Positions 1 to 11,945 of a DNA stretch of 64,000 nt are shown in pieces. The stretch is from assembly GCA_016748015.1 (NCBI GenBank), contig JAAOMT010000372.1, positions 248,001 to 312,000 on the forward strand, in the 5' to 3' direction. This DNA comes from Geosiphon pyriformis uo1 (lineage: Eukaryota; Fungi; Glomeromycota). The notes under the pieces were generated by a model. The model saw only the letters and a program-made list of their open reading frames with translations, was not told where the DNA came from and did not search any database. The position numbers were made by a program, and so were the translations under genes. Every line of letters begins with the position of its first letter. Within the stretch, counting starts at the first letter, position 1.

Positions 1-40
1 TATATTATATTAAGTGTCCAATACTTTTTATACCCCCCTG
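1..40. mobile_element. Probable terminal inverted repeat of a Tc1/mariner-type DNA transposon inserted at a TA (41-42) in a LINE
   Basis: Reverse complement reads TA-CAGGGGGGTATAAAAAGTATTGGACAC, resembling Tc1-family TIRs. LINE homology starts exactly at the TA (intact copy reads tcTAcatg near 37735-37745). The other end is outside the window. Confidence 0.5.
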
Positions 41-451
41 TACATGCACCCAATATTTAGGAGTATGGATTTGAGCAAATGAAAAAAATGAAACTGTGCT
101 GAATATGATAAGATCTGATATTAAAGCAGTGTGTGAAGTTATTAGGAAAAAACACATCACTGAAAAACAGGTGATTTACATTTTCAATAGTGTACTTAGT
201 TCAGCAATAGAATTTAGATTTCAATTAACCCATATACCAAATAGTTGGGCCAAAAGATAGAACTCAAAGATCTCAGCCACTATAAAGAAAAAAGCAAACT
301 TCTCAGTAGATTTCTCTGCCAGTGCTATGCATCACACATCTTTGTACAACTTATTCAAAATTGATGACATACAGGCAAAAAGCAAGATCACAGATTTGTA
401 ATGATATTGCTGAGATGGCTACAAAAATCAGACTAGCCAACCTGCAGGCGC
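41..451 (+). mobile_element. LINE-X ORF2 fragment (post-RT region), left part, interrupted by Gypsy A
   Basis: Translates as CTQYLGVWI...KKHITEKQVIYIFNSVLSSAI...RLANLQA, matching 37300-37750(-). Continues as QRWSA at about 20120. Confidence 0.9.
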
Positions 452-986
452 TGTTACTGGAGGTTTTTGGTTTCTTTTCTTAAATGTTGTTGATGCCTGT
501 TTGTTGTGAATTCACGTTTTCTGGATGTAATTGAATCTTCAATAACTGAATTTATCTTCAAATTATCTTCTATAATTTGAACTGTTGGGCTTATAAGTGA
601 AATGGCCAATTTCTTGCCAGTTGCTTTATGTAGTTACATTGTAGTAAATGTTAACTCTTTTCCAGGAATTGCTTGTCTGGAAGCTCACTAAAATGTATAG
701 TTACTTTGCTGTGAAAGTCAACTCTTTTACAGGAATCTTGTCTGTAGGCTACCCTAATAATTGTAATAAGAAAAGAAAAGAAAAATAAAAGAAATGTAAA
801 AGAAATAGAATTTTGTCAAGAGAAACGTTTTCTATCCAGACCTGGAGTCACTAACAGTTTACTGAAATTGGTAGCTAATCAATTTCGAAATGTTAGTTGG
901 ATTTTTGGAGATTTTCCAAGTACAATATTTAAAAAATTTTGGTTTTTTTTTTTTGAATTATTTGATATTTATTTCTTTTTGTGTGT
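452..986 (-). repeat. Element A 3' LTR, part 1
   Basis: Starts TGTTAC and is near-identical to 19098-19632. Confidence 0.95.
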
Positions 987-1964
987 TGTTACCAGAGGTT
1001 TTTGGTCTCTTTTCTTAAATGTTGTTAATGTTGATTTGTTGCGAATTCACATTTCTAGGAAGTAGTTGGACCTCCAGTAACTGAATTTATCTTCAAATTA
1101 TCTCCTATAATTTGAACTTGCTGGACTTATAAGTGGAATGACCAATTCCATGCCAGTTGCTTTATGTAGTTACATTGTAGTAAATGTCAACTCTTTCCCA
1201 GGAATTGCTTGTCTGGAAGCTCACTAAAATGTGTAGTTACTTTGCTGTGAAAGTCAACTCTTCTACAGGGATCTCGTCTGTAGGCTACCCAAATGATTGT
1301 AATAAGAAAATAAAAGAAAAATAAAAGAAATGTAAAAGAAATAGAATTTTGTCAAGAGAAACGTTTTCTATTCAGGCCTGGAGTCACTAGTTTACTGAAA
1401 TTGGTAGCTAATCAATTTCGAAATGTTAGTTGGGTTTTGGGGATTTTCCAAGTACAATAATTAAAGAATTTGGTTTTTTTGAATTATTTGATATTTATTT
1501 CTTTTTGTGTGTATAGGAATGATTTTAAGAGATAAATCTAAAGTAAGATACATTTTCTCGAAGAGAGAAGTTCTTTTTTTTATATAACTTGTTGTAACAC
1601 TATTCTATGAACTTGAACTTTGCTATTTTCTACAATTTTGCTGAACTAAAGATACATTTTGGTGAACTACAAGTTATTTCTGTGAACTATTAGATATTTT
1701 GGTAAACTATCAATTATTTTGGCAAATTTCTACAAATTTTGGTGAACTTTTGAATGTTACATAGTTCAGGGTATTGCATGATTGATTATTACAATTAGGT
1801 TACATTTGTGTTGTGTACAAATTGGGTTATTAATTTAAATGATAATTTCAGACATTTTGCTAATGTAATAAGTGATAATTTGAAACAATAATATATGCTA
1901 ATTAATGATAGGATTTATAAAATAATTTCATGCTAAATAATATCTCTAATTTCATCTAATAACA
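987..1964 (-). repeat. Element B 3' LTR
   Basis: TG...CA termini and direct repeat of 9874-10854. Confidence 0.95.
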
Positions 1965-2652
1965 TAACCTTCTTTTCAAGACTGAGCTCCATCAAAGTCC
2001 AAGTACTATCTGTCATTTCCAGATAATAATCCAAAATTATTGAAGAAATTTGGTCTGAAAATTGTTGAAATTTCAGTTCTATGAGCTTTCCAATGTATTG
2101 AATCTTCAAAGATTGAAAAATTGGGTTTTGTAGTACATTTTCACAGGTGTGGAATAGGTCATAAAGTCTAAGAGCAGCTCTGAGCCTATAGCAACTGTTT
2201 GTTGATTCAGCTGTTGTCTTGAATTCGTTGTGGAGTTGTTTCTGAATAGCTTTTTTTGTGAGATTTGCTGTTGTAAGTTCCAGTTTCCGTTCGTAGAGTG
2301 TTTTTCCAATGTGAAAATATCTATAGATTGGAGGATATTCAGTGTTTTTCTCATTAAGACACAATTGAAGTCTTTGTTGAATTGTAGCATTTAGTGGAAT
2401 ACTAATTGAAGTAAGCATTAGGTTTTCTCTTAAAGCAAGCTTTAAAAGTTCTGACAGGTGAATTCCAGTATAACTTCTTGTGTTCTTCTTATACGGGTGA
2501 TATTTTCGTGAATTTGGGGCTAAATTTGTAACTACTTCTGTTTGGATATAATTAATGTGGTTTCCAGTAACAGTAATAGATAATTCGGGTATTGTTTTTA
2601 AAGCTAACATTAGTTTTTGGGATAATTGTTGAATGTTTTGAGGAATAGTCAT
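1933..2652 (-). CDS. Accessory ORF of element B (about 239 aa, unknown function), reads through the PPT into the LTR
   Basis: Uninterrupted ORF from ATG (MTIPQNIQ) between the integrase end and the LTR. No signal peptide or TM stretch. Homologues occur in A, C and E. Confidence 0.75.
   Translation of the reverse strand: MTIPQNIQQLSQKLMLALKTIPELSITVTGNHINYIQTEVVTNLAPNSRKYHPYKKNTRSYTGIHLSELLKLALRENLMLTSISIPLNATIQQRLQLCLNEKNTEYPPIYRYFHIGKTLYERKLELTTANLTKKAIQKQLHNEFKTTAESTNSCYRLRAALRLYDLFHTCENVLQNPIFQSLKIQYIGKLIELKFQQFSDQISSIILDYYLEMTDSTWTLMELSLEKKVMLLDEIRDII
1965..1978 (-). promoter_or_regulatory. Polypurine tract of B
   Basis: Minus strand TGAAAAGAAGGTTA abuts the 3' LTR. Confidence 0.75.
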
Positions 2653-2769
2653 TCTAAGCAATTTGAAAAAATAATAAAAATTATTTTTAGTGTATGAGTT
2701 TTTATGTTATTTTTGTTTTGTTTTCGTAAGATTGTTTCTAAATTATAAGAGAATAACTAGTAGAATTAA

Positions 2770-4156
2770 ATTAAGTGTTCAGATTGGAAGATTGTTCAAT
2801 GACAACTATTAGTTCTAAGTTTCAGGGAATATCTTCGGGACTGACCAAAGGGGAATGTGTACCAATTTGTGGAATTAATGGTTCAGAATTGTTTCTGGAA
2901 TAATAGTGTTTCAAACAATCTCCATGTGCAATTTTTGCTAGGATTTTGTCATCAAGTCTTAGCTTGTATAATCTGTTGCCTAGAATTTCATGGATAAAGA
3001 ATGGTCTATCTCATTTATTTTCAAATTTTCCACTCCATTGTTTTTCAGCTTTAGTTCTGTGTAAGAGAACTTTGTTTCCAATTTTAAATTCATTGGTGAC
3101 TGGAGGCAATTTGTTATCATGCCATTCTTTTTGTTGAGCTTGAGAGTGTTCAATATGGGTGGTTGCTATTTGTTGTTTTCCTTCCAATGTGCTAAGCAGA
3201 GTGTAGGCTCTTCGCTGAAGCATTTCTTGGAAATTGTTTTCATCGATCGGTTGTGCTGGGTATGTTTCTACTGTGAAACTAATTGGTAACATTGCCATCC
3301 TTCCGTAAGTTAAATTAAATGATGTGTGTTTCGTGGTATCTTGTTTTAGTGTTTTATATGCTAATAACACTGATGGAATAAAGAGATCCCATTCTTGCTC
3401 AAAATCAGTTGAGACTTTGACTAATGACTCACACAATGTTCTGTTAAAACATTCCATAAGTCCGTTTGTTTGTGGATGGTAGGGCGAAGACAGAGGTCTT
3501 TTGACATTGAATCGTTCGCAAATTTCTTGTATCAGGTTGTTCACAAAGTGTGTTCCCTGATCAGATAAAAGTTCAATTGAACATCCATGTCTACAAATGA
3601 TGTCTTCCTAGATGAAATTTGCTACTGATTTCACATCTGCTTATTGAATGGCTCTGGCTTCAGGCCATTTAGTAAGATAGTCTACAGCTACTGCAATATA
3701 ATGGTTTTCTTGAGTGGTGATAGATAGTGGTCCAACTAAATTGATACCAATTCGGTCAAAGAGTTGTCCAACTTTGATTGGATTTAATGATTCAGTAGGG
3801 CGTGTTCCTCCTCTTCTTTGACAACTATCACAAGATTCGACATATTTATGAATGTTTTTTCTCATTCGAGGCCAAAAGTAGTATTCTAGTGTTCTTTGAG
3901 TAGTGCTATCTTTTCCGAAGTGTGCTAATGAAGGATCTGAGTGCATGTTGTATAAAATAGTCTCTTTTTCCTGTTCTTGTATTAATCTGAATGGTTTGGT
4001 TGGGTTTTTGAAATTTCGATAATAGATAATGTTGTTGTGTAGAAAATATTGTTTGGCTTGTTGTTGTAGTTGATGTTTTTCATCTGGAGACCAATCTGTT
4101 GGGATTGTTAATGTTTCCAAATATTGTTTGAGATTGTTGTAGTTTTCCGAATTCAT
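2770..4156 (-). pseudogene. B integrase (HHCC zinc-binding, DDE core, GPY/F-type C-terminus)
   Basis: MHSDP..AHFG...CDSCQR, AVDYLTKWPEA, SSPYHPQTNGL.E.FNRTL. Confidence 0.9.
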
Positions 4157-4199
4157 TGTTTGTTGGCTCTTTTGGTTGGTTAAGTTGAATGTTGGTTTT

Positions 4200-5560
4200 T
4201 GTGTTTTCTAATTTTGTTTCATTCTGGAGAGACAGTCAACATTGGTGTGAAGTTTTCCTGGTTTGTGATGTACTATGTATCGATAGTTTGCTAAAAATTC
4301 TGTCCATCGGGTTTGTTTTACATTCAGCTGGGTGTTTTTGTTCTGAAGCCATTTAAGTTCAATATTATTAGTGATAATATTGAATTCTTTGAGTCTGAGA
4401 TAAAGGTTGAAGTGATGTAAGGCCCAGATTACTGCTGCAGTTTCTAATTCTATTATGGAGTAGTTTTTTTCAGCTGGCTTTAATGTTCTACTAGCATAAG
4501 CAATTACTCACTTATTTCTATTGTCATCTAACTGTGATAGGATGGCACCAAAGGCAGTATAAGAGACATTGGTTGCTAACCAGAATCGGTTGCTGAAATC
4601 TGGGTAGGCAAAGATTGGAGCTGTTGTGAGTTTTTTCTTAAGTATCTCAAAGGCATTTTGATGTTCTTCTGTCCATTTGTATTCGACATTTTTAGTAGTG
4701 AGCTGGTTAAGGGGTTTTGCAATTTCTGAGAATTTTTTGATGAATTTTCGGTAATAGGATGCTAATCCAATAAATTCTCTTAATTCTGTGGTATTTTGTG
4801 AAGTCTTGAAGTTCTTGACAGTACTGATTTTTCTAGGGTCTGGTTTAATTCCATCTTTGCTAACAATGTGACCAAGAAAAACTAAACTTGTTTTTCCAAA
4901 GTAGCATTTTTCAATGTTCAGTTTCAATCCTGCTTTCCGTAATCGTTGAAAAACTTCTCGCAGGTGAATTAAATGTAACTTGAAAGATGGTGAATAAATA
5001 TCAGTGTCATCAAGATAAACTACTACTGATTTCCAAAGAAGGCCTTTGTAAACAACATCCATGAGTCTTTGGAATGTTGCTGTTGCATTGCATAATCTGA
5101 AAGGCATTACATTAAACTTGTAATTTCCTCTTTGAGTGGTGAATGCTGTTTTGGGGCAGTCTTTGGAATCCATAGCAACTTGCCAGTATTCACTCTCTAA
5201 ATCTAATGTCGAAAAGTATTTGGACTTTCCAAGAGCATCTAACATGTCATCAATTCGGGAAAGAGAGTAGGCATCTCCAATGGTGACACTATTGAGTTGT
5301 CGATAATCAACACAAAATCATATCTTTCTATTTTTCTTTTTAACTAGAACCACAGGTGAGGCCCATGGGCTCATTGATGGTTGAATAAGCCCATTGTTAA
5401 GCATCCATTGTACTTCTTCTCAGATAAATTGATGACTTTCTGGTGTAACTTGGTAGGCTTGTTGTCGTCTTGGTTTGGCATTTTCTGTATAAATTTGGTG
5501 TTGAACCAAATCAGTTCTTCTTAAGTTATTGTTGTTTTTGGCAAAGATATCAGCAAATTC
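4200..5560 (-). pseudogene. B reverse transcriptase and RNase H
   Basis: CVDYRQLN, FSTLDL.S.YWQ, FNVMPF.L.NA, VYLDD, FGAILSQ. Confidence 0.92.
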
Positions 5561-6049
5561 TGCAATTAGCTCTTTGAGCTGGGTCTGTTGTTGTGGTTTA
5601 AGTTGTCCCATGTTGATTCGAGATAGTTTTTCCATGACAACATAGTAGTTTTCAGAGCTAGAGTTTGGGTTGATTTTTGGTAGTGAATGTCCAATAATTT
5701 CAGAGAAATTGGGAACTGTTTGGGGTAATTCTTGTTGAAATATATTACTGTGAATAACTCCAATTTCTAAATTATTTAATAAAATTATGGGGTAATTATT
5801 GGGGTTGTAAAAAGTAACTCGGACTTTCTTTGTTTCTTCTAGAATATAAATGTTTGAGATCAAAATATTATGTTCCAAGCAGACTTGTTCATTGGACTCA
5901 AAAATTTGTTGTGTGGTTGTTGGCTTTGGACAGGTGTAGATTTCCAGATGTTCTCCAAAGGGTGAGATGGTAATCGGTTGTAGAAGTCTGAGAATCTGGT
6001 GGGATTCATTCTGTGTGTTAAGAGCTATATTAACTGGAACTGTGAATTG

Positions 6050-6485
6050 TCCAGTTGAACCAAAACCTTGGGTTCTTCTATCACTTTTTCCTAATTGCTC
6101 TCTTTGATTGACTACTTGCAAACCCGAAATGTTGATTAGGAGTAGATAAATAGCTTGGGCAATTTTTTCAGCATGTTCAATCTTGAATGGTTTGTCAGTT
6201 TCATTTTGAAGCATTACTGTTATGTCTCCAATATATCCAGCATCAATTATTTCTTCTCTGACATTGATTCCTTTGCTTGCCAGAGAGGACTGGGAGGCAA
6301 TTTGAACTATTGCTTCTGGTGGGATTTTGAGTGCAATTTTGAGGTTGATTTTTGTGAGAGATTTGGGTTTGAGAACAAGAGTATCCTTGTCTGGATATCT
6401 TAGGTCATATCCAGCATCAATTTCGTGTGCTTTTTCAGGTTTTATTCCTTGTCTGTTGTTGTTGAAGTATTTAAGTTGTAAGGCA
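6050..6485 (-). pseudogene. B dUTPase domain (inside pol)
   Basis: Trimeric dUTPase motifs DAGYDL, ASQSSLASKG, IIDAGYIGDI, KIAQAI, RRTQGFGSTG. Confidence 0.9.
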
Positions 6486-7429
6486 GGCTGATTTTTAATA
6501 AGGTAGATGGGTATTGTTTCAATTTCTTCCGTTTTTTCAGGTTCTCCAAATTCAATTTCATTCTCATCATTTTTGCTGGGCAAGGGGATACTAAGAGCAT
6601 AGCATTCAGAACACCACTGTTTATTACAAGGCATAATGCATTCTTCATATAGCCTAATGTTCATTTGCTCTAATCATTGAATTTGAGCTTCTTGGGTTGA
6701 ATAGGTGTGACTTGCAATTTGGTGGTAGACTTCTACTTCATCTTCATAATTGAATCCAGCTAATTTCATAGTGTATTCAATGTATTCTGCTTCCTTCATT
6801 TGATGAACATCTTCTTTGGTAGCTCCATTAATTAATGCTATTGCTAGATCAAAAATCATCTCGGCATCATGGGAGTAGTGATAAAGTTTGTTGAGAGCAC
6901 TGTTGTATGCTGCATTAAAAGGTGTTCCTCTTTTTACTTTTTCTGAAATTGATAAAGCATATTGGCAGGTCTGATCACAGACTCCTCCTCTCATTGCTAC
7001 ATCAATCTAATTGCATTCTTCTGGTAGCATATCTCCACAAGTCAAACAAGGGGTGTTGTCCCATTTTCCACTCTTTTTTATTAGATGGCCTCATCATTCT
7101 CTGTGGCAAGCCTTGCAGTAATAACAAGTATGATTTTCATATTCTTTTTCAGGTGAAATACAGGCTCCCATTGATGATAGTTTCTTGTGGCAGTCCTTAT
7201 ATTTAAGGGGAATATAGGGGCATTGTTTCCTTGGTTCAGGTTTTGAGTAAGGGATATTTCATCCAGAGGTTTTGGGTTTAGAGTGTGAGGTAAAATGTTC
7301 TTGTTCTGTTTCATTGGCCCAGTTGGATGTTGATCCAAGAGCCATGAATGTTTCAATTATTGGTTTTTCTTTTTCTGGTTCAAATTCAAAAGCCGGGGCT
7401 TTTTCAGAGCATTTGTTAAATGTACCACA

Positions 7430-7810
7430 AGTGGCAGGTACTCGGGCATGTTGTTTTTAGTAAGAGATTTGTAGTTCTTGGATTTTCCAATCTAATTTTG
7501 CATTGGCTTTTTGAAGCCAGTCATTTCTGACAAGAGCTTGATACTGAGGAGCATCCATTATAAGAACTTTGACTGGAATGATGATTCCATTAAGAGTGAA
7601 CAAAAAATTGTCAATTTCTCTGACTGGGGTCTTTTTCATGCCATCAGCAGTGATGATTACTGTTTGAGCTGGTCAGTCGACATTTCTCTTCAACTGTTGC
7701 ATTAACTGGTAGGTGATAATGCTTCCAGCAGATCCACTGTTTAGGATCAAGCGAATTGTCTTTCCTTTGACTTCTGCTTCAGTGTACATAGCCGTGATTG
7801 CTTTTTGTTC
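7430..7810 (-). pseudogene. B aspartyl protease
   Basis: LIL(N)SGSAGS (catalytic D>N by G>A) and ALVRNDWL. Confidence 0.85.
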
Positions 7811-7899
7811 ATTGGTGGCTGCATTGCTAAGCAGAAATGGTGACTCATTTGCTTCGAACTCAAAAGGGAATATATCTGAAAGGTTAGCATTCTCAGCAA

Positions 7900-9828
7900 T
7901 TCTGGCTGGTGGGATTGTGATGGGAGTATAGGAAGGGTTTTGTTGTTGTGCTGCAGCTCTACCTTCTGAGGGTGCAGTATGATGAAAATCCTGTTCTTCT
8001 GGCATTGTTAAATAACTGAGTTGAGTGTGGTAGTAGTTAGGTCTTGGTTGAGTGAAATTTTGGGGAATCAATTGGTTGTTCAAACTGATTCTACTGTTGT
8101 TTACTTGGTATCAGTTTTGTGGTGTGAATTGATTTTGTGTAATCAGTCTTTGAGCAGGTACTTGATAATGTTGTGTGAGTGGTTGTTGGTATTGCTGTTG
8201 AATTGGCTGTAGTGCGGGCTGATAATAGTTATTTTGGTATTGGAATCTTGGTGGATAGTAAACTGGTGGTGATAGTTAATAATAAGATTGCTGTGGTGGA
8301 GAGTAACGTTGATTATTCCTATTTTGTTGGTCTCGTTGTAGCTTTCTGCAATCTCTTTTCCAGTGGTCAGAGATTCCACAGTAATGGCAATTCTGGGACT
8401 GGTTATTGGAAAATAGTGCAAAGTTATTTTGATTTCGTCTTTGGGATGGTTGATATCTTTGGGATTGTTGTTGTTGTTGTTGATTGGTAAAATAGTTTTT
8501 GATCTTCTTTGTGAGTTGGTCAATTTTTTCCTCAGCTGCTGAGCTGGTTTCTCCAATTGCCAAATTTACAAGTTTTGTACGATTGGCCTTTTCCATGGCC
8601 ATTTTGTATCTTTTTGCATGCTGTATAGCAGAGTTTAAATCTTCTGGCGCATGTGGGCAAACCTTTTTAATTAGTTTATCTTTTAGACCAGTGATAAATT
8701 GATCCAAGATTTGAGCATCAGAATAATAATTATTAGTTTCAAGTTGGCAAATTCATTTGAGAAGTTTGTTGAATTTCCCAATATAAGTTATGATAGATTT
8801 AGAGGGTTCTTGTTTGATATTTCAAAAATGATTGCGAAGAGTGATGAAGGTATTATTGTTAGTGAATTGTTCAAAGAAGGTTGTTTTGAAAGCATTCCAA
8901 TCATTGAATGGACAGCCAGGTTTTCAAACCATTCTCTTGCTGTTCTTTTAAGAAAGTAGGAAATTGTTCTTAACATTCTGACAGCATTCCATCCATTTGC
9001 ATCTCCGGCTTTAGTAACTTGGTTGAGCCATTCTTGGGGACTGGTCTCAATGTCTTCTCTATTAAATTCAGGGATTTTTGTGATGTAGGTTGTCATTTCG
9101 TCTTCTTCGTTTTCGCTAACTATTAATTCTTCTTCAGATATTTCGGAGTCGTTTTCTTTGTTCACTGCTGTCTCAGAGTGTTCACTTTGATTTTCAGCTA
9201 TAAAGTCAAGGAGATTGGGACTAGTTTGAAGGGGTTATTGTTGTCTGGTGGGACTTTTGAGTGATGTAAAATCTTCTGGTCTTGCAAATCGATTCAAGGA
9301 TGAATTAAGTGTTTGTGTTTGTGCAAGTGAAGCTGGAAAAGGTGTAATAGTAAGTAGAAATTTTGAACTGGTTCCTTGTTCAAGTGTTTGTAAATGTATG
9401 GCAGTTGTTTTTGGTAGTGTTGGAGTATTTGGGGTGGTTCTTGAGTATTGCTTTAATTTGTTTTTATCTTTGTTGCTTGTTTCTGTTTCTGATTCAAAAT
9501 CAATAGTATATTAAGACTGCACTGGATATGTTTCTTCACAGTACTTGATAATATTAAAATTAAGTTCGTGAAAGTAAGTGGCAAGTGTTTCACTGTTAAG
9601 GTCTTCAGTTCCCAACTGTGAATAGTGTACTAAATTATTGTAAAGGTTGCTTCTAACTTCTGAGATATTGTAATTTCCAAAAAGATAATTGTTGATGCGG
9701 TTTTCAATGTATTGGTATACTGATTTCTTGACAACTTCAATTCCATCTGAAATGTTGAATCTTTGTTTGCAGTGGGTGTAAATTGACTGGTAATACTCTA
9801 GAGTTGTTGTGTCTGGTGTGGTCACCAC
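7900..9828 (-). pseudogene. B gag (N-terminal extension, capsid, CCHC knuckle, Q/N-rich tail)
   Basis: KIPEF..PQEWL, DQFITGL, CHYCGISDHWKRDC. Confidence 0.88.
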
Positions 9829-9853
9829 TTTGAAGTTGTTTTTGCTGTGTTGT

Positions 9854-9871
9854 TTCCGTGGAAGAGCACCA
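9854..9871 (-). promoter_or_regulatory. Primer-binding site of B
   Basis: TGGTGCTCTTCCACGGAA, 2 nt after the 5' LTR, complementary to a tRNA ending ...GAGCACCA. Confidence 0.8.
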
Positions 9872-9873
9872 AA

Positions 9874-10854
9874 TATTACCGGAGGTTTTTGGTCTCTTTT
9901 CTTAAATGTTGTTAATGTTGATTTGTTGGAAATTCACATTTCCAGAAAGTAGTTGGACCTCCAGTAACTGAATTTATCTTCAAATTATCTCCTATAATTT
10001 GAATTTGCTGGGCTTATAAGTGGAATGACCAATTCTGTGCCAGTTGCTTTATGTAGTTATATTGTAGTAAACATCAACTCTTTTCCAGGAATTGCTTGTC
10101 TGGAAGCTCACTAAAATGTGTAGTTACTTTGCTGTGAAAGTCAACTCTTCTACAGAGATCTCGTCTGTAGGCTACCCAAATAATTGTAATAAGAAAAGAA
10201 AAAAAAAATAAAAGAAATGTAAAAGAAATAGAATTTTGTCAAGAGAAATGTTTTCTATCCAGGCCTGGAGTCACTAACAGTTTACTGAAATTGATAGCTA
10301 ATCAATTTCGAAATGTTAGTTGGGTTTTGGAGATTTTCCAAGTACAATAATTAAAGAATTTGGTTTTTTCAAATTATTTGATATTTATTTCTTTTTGTGT
10401 GTATAGGAACGGTTTTAAGAGATAAATCTAAAGTAAGATACATTTTCTCGAAGAGAGAAGTTCTTCTTTTTATATAACTTGTTGTAACACTATTCTATGA
10501 ACTTGAACTTTGCTATTTTCTACAATTTTGCTGAACTAAAGATACATTTCGGCGAACTACAAGTTATTTTTGCGAACTATTAGATATTTTGGTGAACTAT
10601 TAATTATTTTGGCAAATTTCTACAAATTTTGGTGAACTTTTGAATGTTACATAGTTCGGGGTATTGCATGATTGATCATCGCAATTAGGTTACATTTGTG
10701 TTATGTACAAATTGAATTATTAATTTAAATGATAATTTCGGACATTTTGCTAATGTAATAAGTGATAATTTAAAATGATAATATATGCTAATTAATGATA
10801 AGATTTATAAGATAATTTCATGCTAAATAATATCTCTAATTTTGTCTGGTAACA
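9874..10854 (-). repeat. Element B 5' LTR
   Basis: Direct repeat of 987-1964, with the plus-strand TG terminus mutated to TA. Confidence 0.95.
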
Positions 10855-10858
10855 GTGT

Positions 10859-11342
10859 ATAGGAATGGTTCTAAGTAATAAATCTAAAGTAAGATACATT
10901 TTCCAGAAGAGAAAAGCTCTTTTTTTATATAACTTGTTGTAATACTAGTCTATGAACTTGCACTTTTTCTCTTTGCTCCAATTTCGGCAAACTAAAGATA
11001 CATTTTGATGAACTACAAGTTATTTTGCTGAACTATTGATTAATTTGGGTAAACTATTCATAATTTTGGCAAATTTCTGTAAATTTTGGCAAATTTCTTA
11101 TAAATTTTGGCGAATTTCTGTAAATTTTGGTGAATTTTTGAATGTTACAAAGTTCAGGGTATTGTGTAATTTGATCATTCTACTTTCTGCTATACTAATT
11201 AGATTATTTTAATTGAATTATGATATGTGATAATTGATTAAATAATAAATGATAATTTGAAATGATATTAATATACTAATAAATTATAGGAATTATAAGG
11301 GTAATTTCATGCTAATTAATAGCTAAAATTCTACTGGTAACA
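10859..11342 (-). repeat. Element A 3' LTR, part 2 (includes 20-21-bp tandem repeats at about 11062-11140)
   Basis: Matches 19633-20116. Ends GGTAACA, followed by the PPT complement TAATCTCTTCCTC. Confidence 0.93.
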
Positions 11343-11464
11343 TAATCTCTTCCTCAAGACTGAGCTCCGTCGAAGTCCAAGCACTATCTGTAATATTGAG
11401 ATAGTGATCTAAAATAATTGAAGTAATCTGGTCTGAAAATTGTTGAAATTTCAGTTCTGTGAGT
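11323..11464 (-). pseudogene. C-terminus of the accessory ORF of A (remainder lies in the gap)
   Basis: LTELKFQQFSDQITSIILDHYL..AWTSTELSLEEEIML, homologous to the end of 1933-2652. Confidence 0.8.
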
Positions 11465-11945
11465 NNNNNNNNNNNNNNNNNNNNNNNNNNNNNNNNNNNN
11501 NNNNNNNNNNNNNNNNNNNNNNNNNNNNNNNNNNNNNNNNNNNNNNNNNNNNNNNNNNNNNNNNNNNNNNNNNNNNNNNNNNNNNNNNNNNNNNNNNNNN
11601 NNNNNNNNNNNNNNNNNNNNNNNNNNNNNNNNNNNNNNNNNNNNNNNNNNNNNNNNNNNNNNNNNNNNNNNNNNNNNNNNNNNNNNNNNNNNNNNNNNNN
11701 NNNNNNNNNNNNNNNNNNNNNNNNNNNNNNNNNNNNNNNNNNNNNNNNNNNNNNNNNNNNNNNNNNNNNNNNNNNNNNNNNNNNNNNNNNNNNNNNNNNN
11801 NNNNNNNNNNNNNNNNNNNNNNNNNNNNNNNNNNNNNNNNNNNNNNNNNNNNNNNNNNNNNNNNNNNNNNNNNNNNNNNNNNNNNNNNNNNNNNNNNNNN
11901 NNNNNNNNNNNNNNNNNNNNNNNNNNNNNNNNNNNNNNNNNNNNN
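11465..11945. other. Assembly gap (481 N)
   Basis: Run of N. Confidence 1.

Larger units (their letters stand above)
987..10854 (-). mobile_element. Ty3/Gypsy element B (sister of A) inserted inside the 3' LTR of A
   Basis: LTRs 987-1964 and 9874-10854. 4-bp TSD GTGT at 983-986 and 10855-10858. Confidence 0.95.

Noticed and set aside
452-1964. Tandem LTR duplication or misassembly
   Set aside because: Explained by the insertion of B with TSD GTGT; the two halves of the A LTR sum to exactly 1019 bp.
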